Part shown: piece after piece, positions 52,056 to 62,400 of the stretch
Layout of the letters: every line of letters starts with the position of its first letter
Position numbering within the stretch: the stretch's first letter is position 1
From: Rebecca billardiae RCC1528
Lineage: Eukaryota; Protista; Haptophyta
NCBI GenBank assembly: GCA_965240325.2
Contig: OZ251253.1
Span: 744,001 to 808,000 of the forward strand
Reading direction: 5' to 3'
Length of the DNA: 64,000 nt
Position numbers and translations under genes: made by a program
Notes under the pieces: model-generated
Told to the model about the DNA's origin: nothing
Databases searched by the model: none
What the model saw: the letters and a program-made list of their open reading frames with translations, nothing else

Positions 52056-53272
52056 TACTTTGAGTACATGGGGCGCGTGCTGTGCGACCACCTGCCCTCG
52101 ACGCTGGTGCGCATCCTCGGGATCTTCCGCCTCGAGGTGCGCGGCGGCGCGCCGCAGCAGGGCGAGCGCGCCGAGCGCGGCGGCGGCGCCGAGCGCGGCG
52201 GCGGCGGCGGCGGCGGCGCCGCCGCCGCCGAGCGCGCGGACGGCGGCGGCGGCGGCGGCGGCGGCGGCGCGGACGGCGGCGCCGAGCGCGGCGGCGCGGA
52301 CGGCGGCAAGGGCGGCGGGGGCGGCGGCGAGGGCGAGGGCGGCTCGTCCTCGCAGCACGGCCGCGCCTCCGCCTGGGCCGTCGACCTGCTCGTCCTCGAG
52401 AACCTTTTCTACGCCCAGCCGGCTGTGCAGCGCACCTTTGACCTCAAGGGCGCGACCGCGCGCGCGTGCGCGCCCTCGGCCGCGGCCGCGGCCGCGAGCC
52501 GCGCGGCGGCCGCGGGCGGCGGCGGCGCGGGCGGCGGCGCGGGCGGCGGCGCGGGCGGCGGCGAGCGCTCGCGCCGCGGCTCGCACTGCCCCACGTACCT
52601 GGACGAGGAGCTGCAGCAGGCCACGCGCCGCATGCCGCTCTTTCTCGACGCCACCTCCAAGGTGCGTACGGAGGGCGTGCGGAGGGGCGGGCTGCTGCCC
52701 TGAGGGCGGCAGGAGGGCGGCGCACGCGCGCGCGCGCAACGCGGGCTGAGGGCTGACGGCGCGTGCGCCCCCCCTCCCCCCCCCTGGCTGCGCAGCGGCT
52801 GCTCTCGCAGTGCGTGTGGAACGACACGCTCTTCCTCGCGCGCAACAACGTGATGGACTACTCGCTGCTCATCGGGGTGGCGCAGCCCGCGCACCACCGC
52901 GCGGCGGGCGCGGGAGGCGGCGGCGCGGGCGCGCGGCGCGGCTCGGGCGACGGCGCGGCGGGTCTCTCGCTGCGCGGGCAGGCGGGCGGCGTGCTCGTCG
53001 TCGGCATGATCGACTACGTGCGGCAGTACACGGTGGACAAGCTGGCCGAGACGGTCGTCAAGTCGCTGGTCGTGCCGAGCCACCAGCCCACCGTGATCGA
53101 GCCCGCGCTGTACAAGCGGCGCTTCCGCGAGGCGATGGAGCGCTACTTCATGGCGCTGCCCGACACGTTTGACGACGCGGAGGCGGCGGCCGCGCGCGCG
53201 CCGCACCCGAACCCGCCGGTGGGCGCGGCGGGCGGCGCGGCCGCGCGCGAGGCGGGGGCGCGCGCCGGCGCC

Positions 53273-53328
<56 letters not shown>

Positions 53329-53452
53329 CTCGGAGGCGGACGAGCTCGCGACCTCGTCGGACGACGAGGGCGAGGGCGAGGGCGGCGCGGCGGCGGCTCG
53401 CGGCGACGCGGCGCCGCCGACGCGCGTCAGCGTGCCGCTCGCCGCGCAGTAG
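44720..53452 (+). CDS. FAB1: 1-phosphatidylinositol-3-phosphate 5-kinase (FAB1/PIKfyve); exons 44720-44808, 44898-45345, 45561-52661, 52796-53452 (~2764 aa)
   Basis: FYVE finger WMPD...[17 protein letters not shown]-like domain YVRVKRI...[12 protein letters not shown] motifs [48 protein letters not shown]. Confidence 0.93.
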
Positions 53453-53740
53453 CGGCTCGTCATCAGCATCATCATCTCGTACGCGTCATGGGCGCAGCGA
53501 TGATGGCGAGTGTCGTTCGCCTGCTGACGAGCTACGTCGAAGCTGGCTGTGCTATATATGTCGTATAAGACTCGTCGCGTCTACTTCGTAGTCGCGCATC
53601 GTCGTGGTCATCCTACTGTCGTCGTGTTATCAGTAGGCGGCAAACTACTACGACTGACACGATGACTGTCGTAGTTATGGTAGTCGGCGCTGAGCTCTGT
53701 ACTCTGTAGCAGGTGTGTCCGTTGGTAGAACCGCATCACG

Positions 53741-54784
53741 ATGGCGGCGCACGATGAGCCCCGCCGCCGCCGCCCGCCGCTGCCCGCGCTGCTGCTGCTG
53801 CCGCTGCTCCGCGCCGCCGAGCCCGCCGCCCCCGAGCGCGGCGCGGCGTGCGACGCGCGCGCCGCCGACGCCGCGCTCGACGACATGGGCCGGCGCATGT
53901 GGCTGCCGCTGTCGGACGACGGCGCGCCGGTGGGCGTGCTCGTGCACGGCTTTGAGTGCACCGGCCAGCGCGCGTCGAAGCTCACGCGCAACGCGAGCGA
54001 GGCCGCGGCGCGCTACGTGCTCGCCGGCTGCATGCGCCAGATCGCGCGCCGCGGCCGCGCGCTGCCCGCGCGCTTCGCCTCCTTCTCGCTGCTGCACGCG
54101 CAGCTGCCGCTGTCCGTGTACCGCTCGATGATGCACGACGCGCTCGACATCGGCTTCGTGCTCGCCGAGGGCACGTACGCGGACCCGTGCAACCGGGGGT
54201 TCGGCAGCGACGTGGCGTACCAGTCCACGCGGCTGCCCGCGTGCCGGAGCAGCGCCGCGCAGTGGGCCGCGCTCAAGCTCGACCTCAACCGCCGCGTGGC
54301 CGACGCGACCGCGCGCTCGACCGGCTCGGACGAGGAGCGCGCGGCGCTGTGGCGGATGAGGTGGCGGAACACGTCGGTGCTGTGCCACGTGCCCGTGTAC
54401 CGCGTGGCCGCGTACGTCCGCGCGCACATGCGCCTCGCGCTCGAGCAGGGCGAGGCGCACGCGGGGGTCGGGCACAACGAGCTCACGCTGTGCGCGCACC
54501 CGCCGCTCGACGAGCCCAAGGCGGTGCGCGCGCCCGAGGAGCGGCGGCGGCTGGTGCTGCCGCGCGACGTGCAGGCGGTCTACTTCCACCGGGAGGTGGG
54601 GGCCGCCGCCCTGCGCAGCGCGTGCCTCGCGGCGGGGTCCCTGCGCGTGCCCGTGCTCGAGCTGCACGCCATCGAGAACGGCCTCGACCTCGCGGCGGTC
54701 ACGAGGCGCATCGCGAGCCAGCCGGCCGCCGACGGCGCGGCGGGCGTGCGCCAATTCTTCCGGCCCGCCTGCTGCCCGCCGTGA
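53741..54784 (+). CDS. Secreted protein of unknown function
   Basis: Strong coding bias, signal peptide LPALLLLPLLRA, globular Cys-containing body. Confidence 0.75.
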   Translation: MAAHDEPRRRRPPLPALLLLPLLRAAEPAAPERGAACDARAADAALDDMGRRMWLPLSDDGAPVGVLVHGFECTGQRASKLTRNASEAAARYVLAGCMRQIARRGRALPARFASFSLLHAQLPLSVYRSMMHDALDIGFVLAEGTYADPCNRGFGSDVAYQSTRLPACRSSAAQWAALKLDLNRRVADATARSTGSDEERAALWRMRWRNTSVLCHVPVYRVAAYVRAHMRLALEQGEAHAGVGHNELTLCAHPPLDEPKAVRAPEERRRLVLPRDVQAVYFHREVGAAALRSACLAAGSLRVPVLELHAIENGLDLAAVTRRIASQPAADGAAGVRQFFRPACCPP

Positions 54785-54979
54785 GGGAGTGGCGGCGGCG
54801 GCGGCGCCGCCGTCGTCGTCGTCGTCGCCGTCGCGCCGCGGACTACGCCCCGCGCCCGGCGCGCACCGAGGCGATTCCGCGGGGTGGGGTCCGAGAAACG
54901 GCCGCGCCACCTCGCGTGCTGCTTGTCGTCTCGTGCGTCGGATGGTGCCAGTGCTCAGTCGCGCACGCGGGAGCCGCGA

Positions 54980-56950
54980 CGGAGCCGGCGCCAGCCCCGC
55001 TGCTATGGCTCCGAAATTAATCCCGCCTGCGGCCTGGCCGCCTGGGGCGGAGGGGGTGAGGCCGGCGCCCGCGAGCTCGGTGGTGGCGCGGTACCATGGC
55101 CGAGCGCGGTCGAGGCGGCTGGCGCCAGCCCTGCGGTGCTGGCTCGGCAGCGGGGTGGGCTGTGCGTGACACTGTGCCGCGGCCAGAGCGATGAGGCGCC
55201 GCGCTCTGCCGCCAGCCCGCGCTCAGAGTCCAGCCCCCTCCGAAATATCAGTAATCCGACCCGCGCCTGCGGCCTGGGGCGGAGGGGATGCTGAGGCTGA
55301 CGCGGTCATGAACGAATAATATCATCATCATCATATATATCGTCAGTAGCGCAACCTGGCCTGCTGCACCCGCGTTCGGCGTTACGAGACTCGCGTCTTA
55401 CAATCGGTGGCGCGCGGTACCATGGCGCCGAGCGGTCCGGAGGCGGCTGGCGCCAGCCCTGGTGCGGTGGCTCGGCAGCGGGGTGGACTGTGCCGCGGCC
55501 CGAGCGAGCTGCGAGGCGCCGCGCTCTGCGCTGCTGCCGCCACTGCCAGCCCGCGCGCTCAGCAGAGTCCAGCCCTCCGAAAATCAATCGTCACCCGCGT
55601 CCCGCCTGCCGCGACCTGGGGCGGAGCGGGCCGATGAGGCCGGCACCCACATCATTAAGCTCGCGGTGGTACGTAGGCGCGGTACCACTAGCGGCCAAGC
55701 GGCCGAGGCAGGCTGGCGCCAGCCCCAGGGGTGCTGGCTCGGCAGCGGTGGGGTGGACTGTGCGTGGCACTGTGCCGCGGCCCGGAGCGGCGTGGCGCCG
55801 CGCTGTGCCGGCCGCCAGCCCGCGCTCAGAATCTATAGGCGTAGCCCGCCCCTCCGAAATTAATCACCCGCCTGCGGCCTATTGCGGATCGAGGGGATGC
55901 GGCCGGCGCCCACGAGCTGCGGTGGTGGCGCGATACCATGGCCGAGCGGTCGAGGCGGCTGGCGCCAGCCCTGGTGCTGGCTCGGCAGCCGGGTGGACTG
56001 TGCCGCGGCCCGAGCGAAGCGCTGCGCTCTGCCGCCAGCCCGCGCTCAGAGTCTAGCCCCCTCCGAAATTAATCCCGCCTGCGGCCTGCGGCGGAGGGGA
56101 TGAGGCCGGCGCTCGTGGCTCGGTGGTCGTGTCGGTACCATGGCCGAGCGGTCGAGGCGGCTGGCGCCAGCCCTCGCCGCCCGCCCCGCGCCCCGCCGCC
56201 GCGGCCTCCGCCGGCGGCCGAGCCTGAGTGAGGCTCGGAAAATCACTCGTCGAATTTAATCGCGCCTGGCCCTGCGGCCTGTCAGGGCCGGGAGGTACAT
56301 AGCCCGGAGCCGGTGCGGCCTCCTCCGGCGTCGGTACCATGGCCGAGCGGTCGAGGCGGCGGGCGCCAGCCCTCGCCGCCCGCCCCGCGCCCCGCCGCCG
56401 CGGCCTCCGCCGGCGGCCGGCCGGCCGAGCCTGAGTGAGGCTCGGAAAATCAGTTTAAATCACTCGTCGAATTTAATCGCGCCTGGCCCTGCGGCCTGTC
56501 AGGCCGGGAGGAGTGCTGGCTCGGCAGCGGGGTGGACAATGTGCCGGCCGTGCGAGGCGCCGCGCTCTGCCGCCTGAGCCCGCGCGCTCAGTCTGAGCCC
56601 CCTCCGAAACTAATCCCGCCTGATGCGGCCTGGGGCGGAGGGGATGAGGCCGGTGTTTGCGAGCTGGTGGTCGGTAGGTACCATGGCCGAGCGGCCGAGG
56701 CGGCTGGCTCCAGCCCGAGTGCTGGCTCGGCAGCGGGGTGGACAATGTGCCGGCCGTGCGAGGCGCCGCGCTCTGCCGCCTGAGCCCGCGCGCTCAGTCT
56801 AGCCCCCTCCGAAATTAATCCCGCCTGATGCGGCCTGGGGCGGAGGGGATGAGGCCGGCTGTTGTGGCTCGGTGGTCGTGTCGGTACCATGGCCGAGCGG
56901 TCGAGGCGGCGGGCGCCAGCCCTCGCCGCCCGTCCCGCCCCGCGCCGCGC
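54980..56950. repeat. Mosaic tandem array of ~200-340-bp units
   Basis: Core GGTACCATGGCCGAGCGGTCGAGGCGGCTGGCGCCAGCCC, or a variant, at ~55090, 55416, 55681, 55932, 56134, 56334, 56678 and 56883. A second motif CCTCCGAAATTAATCCCGCCTG is also repeated. Confidence 0.88.
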
Positions 56951-58810
56951 CCGCCGGGCCGAGCCTCTGGCAGGCGGCCGATGCGCGCGCCGCGCTCGCG
57001 GCCGCGGCGCTGTGCCGACGCGCGTCCGAGCCCCAACTACTAGCCGAGCAGCCTGAGGCGGAGACAATAAGGGCCGGCGGCTGGCGGGATCCCGCCTGAG
57101 CACGCGGTGACAGGGTACGCGGGGCCCCCGACCACCCGCTCCCTAGAGCAGCGGGGTTGGCTGTACGCTCGCTGGAGCCAGCTGCAAGCATGCCGTGCCC
57201 GACGCAGCTGCTCCCGAGCTGACTGCCGCCGAGCGGCTCGGGCTCAGCGGGGGAGCGGTCAAGAGGCCCACCTCAGCAGCGCTCGGCACTGTCGAGCGGA
57301 GCTGGCCCCGAGGCTCACCACTGCACAACCACCGGGCTCTGGCGCTGCGCCCAGCATATCACCCCGCCTCGCCGAGGGCCAACTCAACAGTGGCCCCGCC
57401 GCTGCTCAACCCACACACTCCACGCCCGACGCCGCCCGCCCCCGGGCCGCCACTGGCACCCCGCTCGCGCACGGCGCTGAGGCGCGGGACGTTTGCCGCT
57501 GTCGGCGCATCGGCGGCAGCGGCGTGCACGCTGAAGGTGCCACTCTCAGCTGTCCAGGCGTTGGCCCTCGACACATGGAGCGGCCGCGCTTCGCCGCCGA
57601 GCGGCGCACACGACGGCGCGGAGCATCGCGCGGGCGGGGGACCACTTCCATGGCTGATGGCGCGAGAGCGGCGACCGGACTCAGCCCGCCGCGCCGGAGA
57701 TTTTGAACGGTGGCGCGCGCGCGAGTGCCACCGGATTTCGTCGTTTCGCGCCGGGTGGCAAACGGTCCAATCACGCGCGCCGCGGCCGCTGCGCCGTGCA
57801 GCTCGGCAGCGGGGCGCGCCGAGCTGCCGCGAAGCTCGGGCAGGTCTGCAGCTGTGCAGTCCGCTGCAGCACGCGGCATCCGCCATGGGCGGCGCTGCGC
57901 TCGGACGACGGGGGCCCGCGCGTGCGCGCACGGTGGGGGGTGGTGGCCGGGCGGCCGCGTGAGGGCGCTGCCGAGGTCCGCCTGCCGCCGCCGCCGACGC
58001 GCGCGCTCCGGCCGCCGCCCCGCTGAGGCGCGCGCGCGCGCGCTCGGCGCGGCGGCGCCTTTGCGCGCCGCCGCTCGCGCGCGGCGCTCGCGCCCGACCG
58101 CGCCGTCGGCGCGGCGGGGTGCCGCCGCGCGGCACAGTGGCGGTTTGACCGAACCGCTCGCGCGGCGAGGCGCGGCGCGCCGCCTCTGGGCGCGCCGGCG
58201 CGCGCGGCGCGGCGCGCGCGCCGCCCGCGGCGCGCGCCGCCGCCGCCGGCCGCGCCGCGCGCCGCAGCGGCGTGCGGCGCGGCGCAGGCGTGGCGGCGTG
58301 GCGCGCACGCGGCGTGCAGCTGCCGCCAGCGGCGCGCGCTGACGCCGGCGCGCCCCCGCGCGGCGAGCCCATCGGCGCCGCCGCGGCCGCGCGCGCGCGC
58401 GTCTGCCGCGGCCGAGCCGCGGCCGCCGCGCGCGCGCCTGACGAGCGCCGGCACGCGGCGCGCGCGCGTGCGCGCGCACGCGTGCACGCCGACGGGCGGG
58501 GCCCTCGGCGTACGCGCGCTTCCGCCCGCGCGCGCCTCGCGCGCGGGCGCCCGCCTGCCCGCGCGCGGCGGCCGGGCTGCGCCGCGCGCCGCGCCCGCGC
58601 AACCGGCGCGCGGCGCGCGGCGCGCGCCGCGCCGCCGCCGCCGCCGCCGCCGCGGCGCGCGCCGCGGGCCCGAGGCGGGTGGCGCGCCCGTGGCGGCGGG
58701 TGGCGAGGTGGTGGCGCGCCCGCCGATCTGCCGCGTCGTGCAGCGCGGTCGCCGCACAGACTGCGGCGGCGGTGCGGCGGACGGCGGGCGGCGCGGCGGA
58801 CGGCGGCGGC

Positions 58811-58851
<41 letters not shown>

Positions 58852-59409
58852 GCGGCGACGCAGGTGGCGGCGGTGGCGGCGGGCGGGCGGTCGGCTGTGG
58901 CGGACGGAATGCGGCGCTCGTGGGCTGACTGGTGCCGGGGTGCGGCTGCGCGCTCGTCGGCGCGCGTGGCGCGGCGGCTGCCGCGTAGCCGGCGCGGCGG
59001 CGCAGCGGCGCGCGGCCGCCCGCCCGCCGCGCGGCCGCGCCGCTGGCAGCGGGACGCGGCGGCGGCGCTGGCGCTGCCGCCGGCCCGCGCGCGCGGCCGT
59101 CGCTTCTCGCTCGCCGCGCAGCCGCGCCGCGGCCGCTGCCGCGCGCGCGCTGCCGCGCAGCGCGCGCGGGCGGCGCGCGCGGCCGCGCGCGCGGGCGAGG
59201 CGCGCGCGCCCAGCGGCTGGTGCGAGTCCGGCTGACGCGGTCCGGGCGCTCCGCTGACGTGGTCCGGGCGCTCCGCCCGGATCGGACGCCGGACTCGCTC
59301 TCCGCTCGTTCGCGCGCTTGGCGCGCGCTTTGGCGCCGGAGGAAGGTCGTTGGACTTCATCCACAGCGGCGAAGCGCGCGAAGCAACCCAAGGGCACGCA
59401 ACGAGCACG

Positions 59410-62400
59410 ATGAGCGCGATGACGGGCGATGCGGCGGCGCGCGAGCGCCTGACGGGCGGCATGGACGTGGACGACGAGGGCCCCGACGCGCTGGCTGCGT
59501 CCAGCCTCGGCGCCGCGGCCGGTGCGGCGTCGACCGATGGGCGCGGGCAGCCGCGCGGCGCCGCGGCCGCGCGCAACGAGCAAGTCGGCGGCGACGAGCC
59601 AGCCCGGAAGCGGGCGCGGCCGCTCGTGGCGTCGAACGCCGTCGTGCCCGACGGCGAGCAGAAGGGCGAGGCCAAGGTCGAGCAAGCACCCAAGGGCGCG
59701 GCACCGCCGGCCGCGCCGGCCGCGCCGGCCGCGCCGGCCGACGGCGCGGCGGCGCGCGGCGGCGCGGCGGGCGCGCGCTCGCACGTGGAGGACGCGCAGT
59801 TCGCCGCCGCGCCGCCGCGCGGGGCGAGCGCGCACGGCGACGGGCACGGCAGCGGCGGCGGCAGCGGCAGCGGCGGCGGCGGCCGCGGCCGCGGCCGCGG
59901 CCGCGGCGGCGGCGGCCGCGGCGGCCGCGGCGGCATCCGCCGGTACTTCGCCCCCGCGCCGCCGCGCGACGTCTCGGGTGGCGACGGTACCCGCGCGGCC
60001 GCGGCCTCCGGCGCCGACGCCGACGCCGAGGCGGCGAAGCAGCTGCCGCCGGCTGGCGCGGCCGCCGGCGGCGCGGCGAGCGCGCCCGCGCCCACCGACG
60101 GCGCCGGCCCGGCCTCGACCTCCGGCGGCGGGCGGGCGGCGGCGGACTCGGACTTTGAGGAGCAGACGTCGTGCGCGCGCCCGCGCGCCGCCGCCGCGAG
60201 CGCGCACGCCGGCGCCGGCGCCGACACGCCGGCGCGAGGCAAGCAGCCGGCGGGCGCGGAGCCGTGCGGCGCGCGCGCGCATGCGCATGCGCGCGCCGAC
60301 GACGCAGCCGGCGGCGCGGCGCCGGCGCTCGCCGCCGGCTCGGACGCCATCGCCGGCGCCGAGCCGCGCGAGGCGGACGGCGCGTCTGCTTTCCTCGCCG
60401 CGCGCGCCGCCGCGGCCGCGGCGCCGAGCGGCAAGGGCGGCCACGCGCTGCTCGAGGGCCGCTCTGAGGATGCCCCCGCGCTCCGATCGGGCGACGTGCT
60501 CGGCCGCGCGGTCCAAGGCGAGTCGCCCGCGGGCGGGCGCGTGCGCGTCCACAACAACAACCTCGGCCGGCGGCACGTCGAGATCAAGGGCAGCGCGGTG
60601 ACCGACCTCAGCCCGGCCTCGCACAGCTCGACGGTGGTCTCGCTCAACGGTTGTCGTCTCAAGGCGCACACGGCGTACGCGCTGCACGAGGGCGACGTGC
60701 TGCGCGTGGCGGGGCGCACGGTGACCAAGGCCCTCGAGTGGACCGTCGCGTCGGTGGCGGCGGACGGCGCGGACGGGCTCGCCGACGTGACGGACGCGCC
60801 GGACCCGCACGACGCGGAGGACGCGTGCACGGCCGCGATGCTGCGCCTCTTCCTCGCGGAGAGCGACGCGGCGCGTGCGCGCTTCGTCCGCGCCATGCGC
60901 GATGGCCGGACGCCGGAAGGCTTCGAGGCGCACACGGACTCCGAGCTCTTCACGCTGCTCGCGCGGGCGTACCGCGGCGGCGGCGCGCACGTGCTCGAGT
61001 TTGCGCGCACGCTCGGCGGCGCGAGCGGCGGCCTGAGCGTCGACCAGATCAACGAGGTGCTGCGCATCCTCGGCTTCCAGATCTCGGCGCGCGCGTCCGA
61101 GGTGAACGAGCACTTCAACCACCACGCGCCGGCGGCGGAGGCGGCGGTGCAGATGCAGCGCTCGGCGGGCGCGCAGGTGCGGGTCGTGCAGGGCGACGGC
61201 CCGAACGCGCAGCTGCGCCGCACGCTCTTCTTCGAGCTGCTGCTGCTGCTCGCGCTGCACGAGCGCGGCGGCGCGTGCGGCGGCGAGGGCGGGCGCGCGG
61301 CGTTCGAGGAGCTCGACGACGCGGCGCGGGGCCGCGCGCTGCTGCGCGCGCTCGCCAACCTGCAGTGCGTGAACCAGCAGTACTTCCACCTCGGGCTGAT
61401 CGCCAAGGCGCTGCGGCGGTGGTTCCCGGCGCGCGCGCACGGCTTCGTGCCGCTGCGCCGGCTGCTCGGCGCGGTGAACGCCGGCGTGGAGGAGGCGTGG
61501 TCGCTCGCGGGCGCGAACGCGCACGTGTGGGTCTGCGACCTGCTGCTCGGCGCCGCCGCCGGCGGCGAGCCGGTGCTCGTCGCGCGCGCGCACGGCGACG
61601 CCGCCCGCGAGGCCGCCGACGGCGCGGCGCCGGACGCGGGCGCGGCGCCGGGCGTGCTGCAGGGCTGGGCCGTGAGCTGCACGGCGAGCGGCGTGCGCAC
61701 GAAGCTGCTCGCCGAGAGCTACGCCGCCGCGCTCGCGCTGGCCGCGCGCGGCCTGGCGCACGACGCCCTCACCAAGCACGGCATCACGCACTTTGAGTTC
61801 CTCGTCACGCCGCTCGGCCGCGCGGAGACGGCGCGGCTCGTGCGCGCCGCGCACGCCGCGCGCGGCGGCGCGGGCTTCGTGGTCGTGCCGCCGTCGGAGG
61901 TGATCGCGCGGCTGCGCGCGGCGTCGCTGCGCGCGCGAGAGGCGTGCCTCGCGCCGTACGCCGAGGGCGGCGCCGAGGACGGCGCGCCGTTCGCGCGCCG
62001 CGCCGCGCACGTCGTGCGCGGCGCGTGCGCCGCGCTGCGCGACGAGCTGCTGCTCGACGGCGTGCTCACGCCCACGCAGGCGCACCCGAGCCTCGCCGCC
62101 GCGCTGCGCGGCGCGGGCGCGGCGCTGCCGGAGGGCGCGGAGGAGGACGTGGACGCGCTGCTCGACGCGCTGCTCGCGCCCGACGAGGCGTGCGCCGCGT
62201 ACCAGCGCCTCGCCGCGCACGACGCGCGCCTGGCCGCGCGCGGCGTGGTGTGCGACGAGGGCGCGGGCCCGCCGCCGAGGCACGCGCGCGCGCGCGTCGA
62301 CGTCGAGGCGGTGGCCGACGCGCTGGAGGCGGTGCTCGGCCCGGGCGCGGTGCCGCGCGCCGCGCGCGAGCAGCGGTGGGACGACGCCGCCGCGCTCGCC

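Noticed and set aside
54770-54900. CCPP-TGA at the end of the secreted protein could be a CxxU selenocysteine motif
   Set aside because: No convincing SECIS found downstream, and read-through would run into the tandem array. GTGAGG here could also be a splice donor.
55932-56010. Intact tRNA genes in the array
   Set aside because: No anticodon loop, T-arm (GTTCGA) or acceptor-stem closure.
54980-56950. CRISPR-like array
   Set aside because: The intervening sequences are related to each other rather than unique spacers, spacing is irregular, there are no cas genes, and the context is eukaryotic.
57100-59400. Gene in the extremely GC-rich stretch upstream of the FHA gene
   Set aside because: All frames are low-complexity with no consistent codon bias or domain, so no model can be supported.
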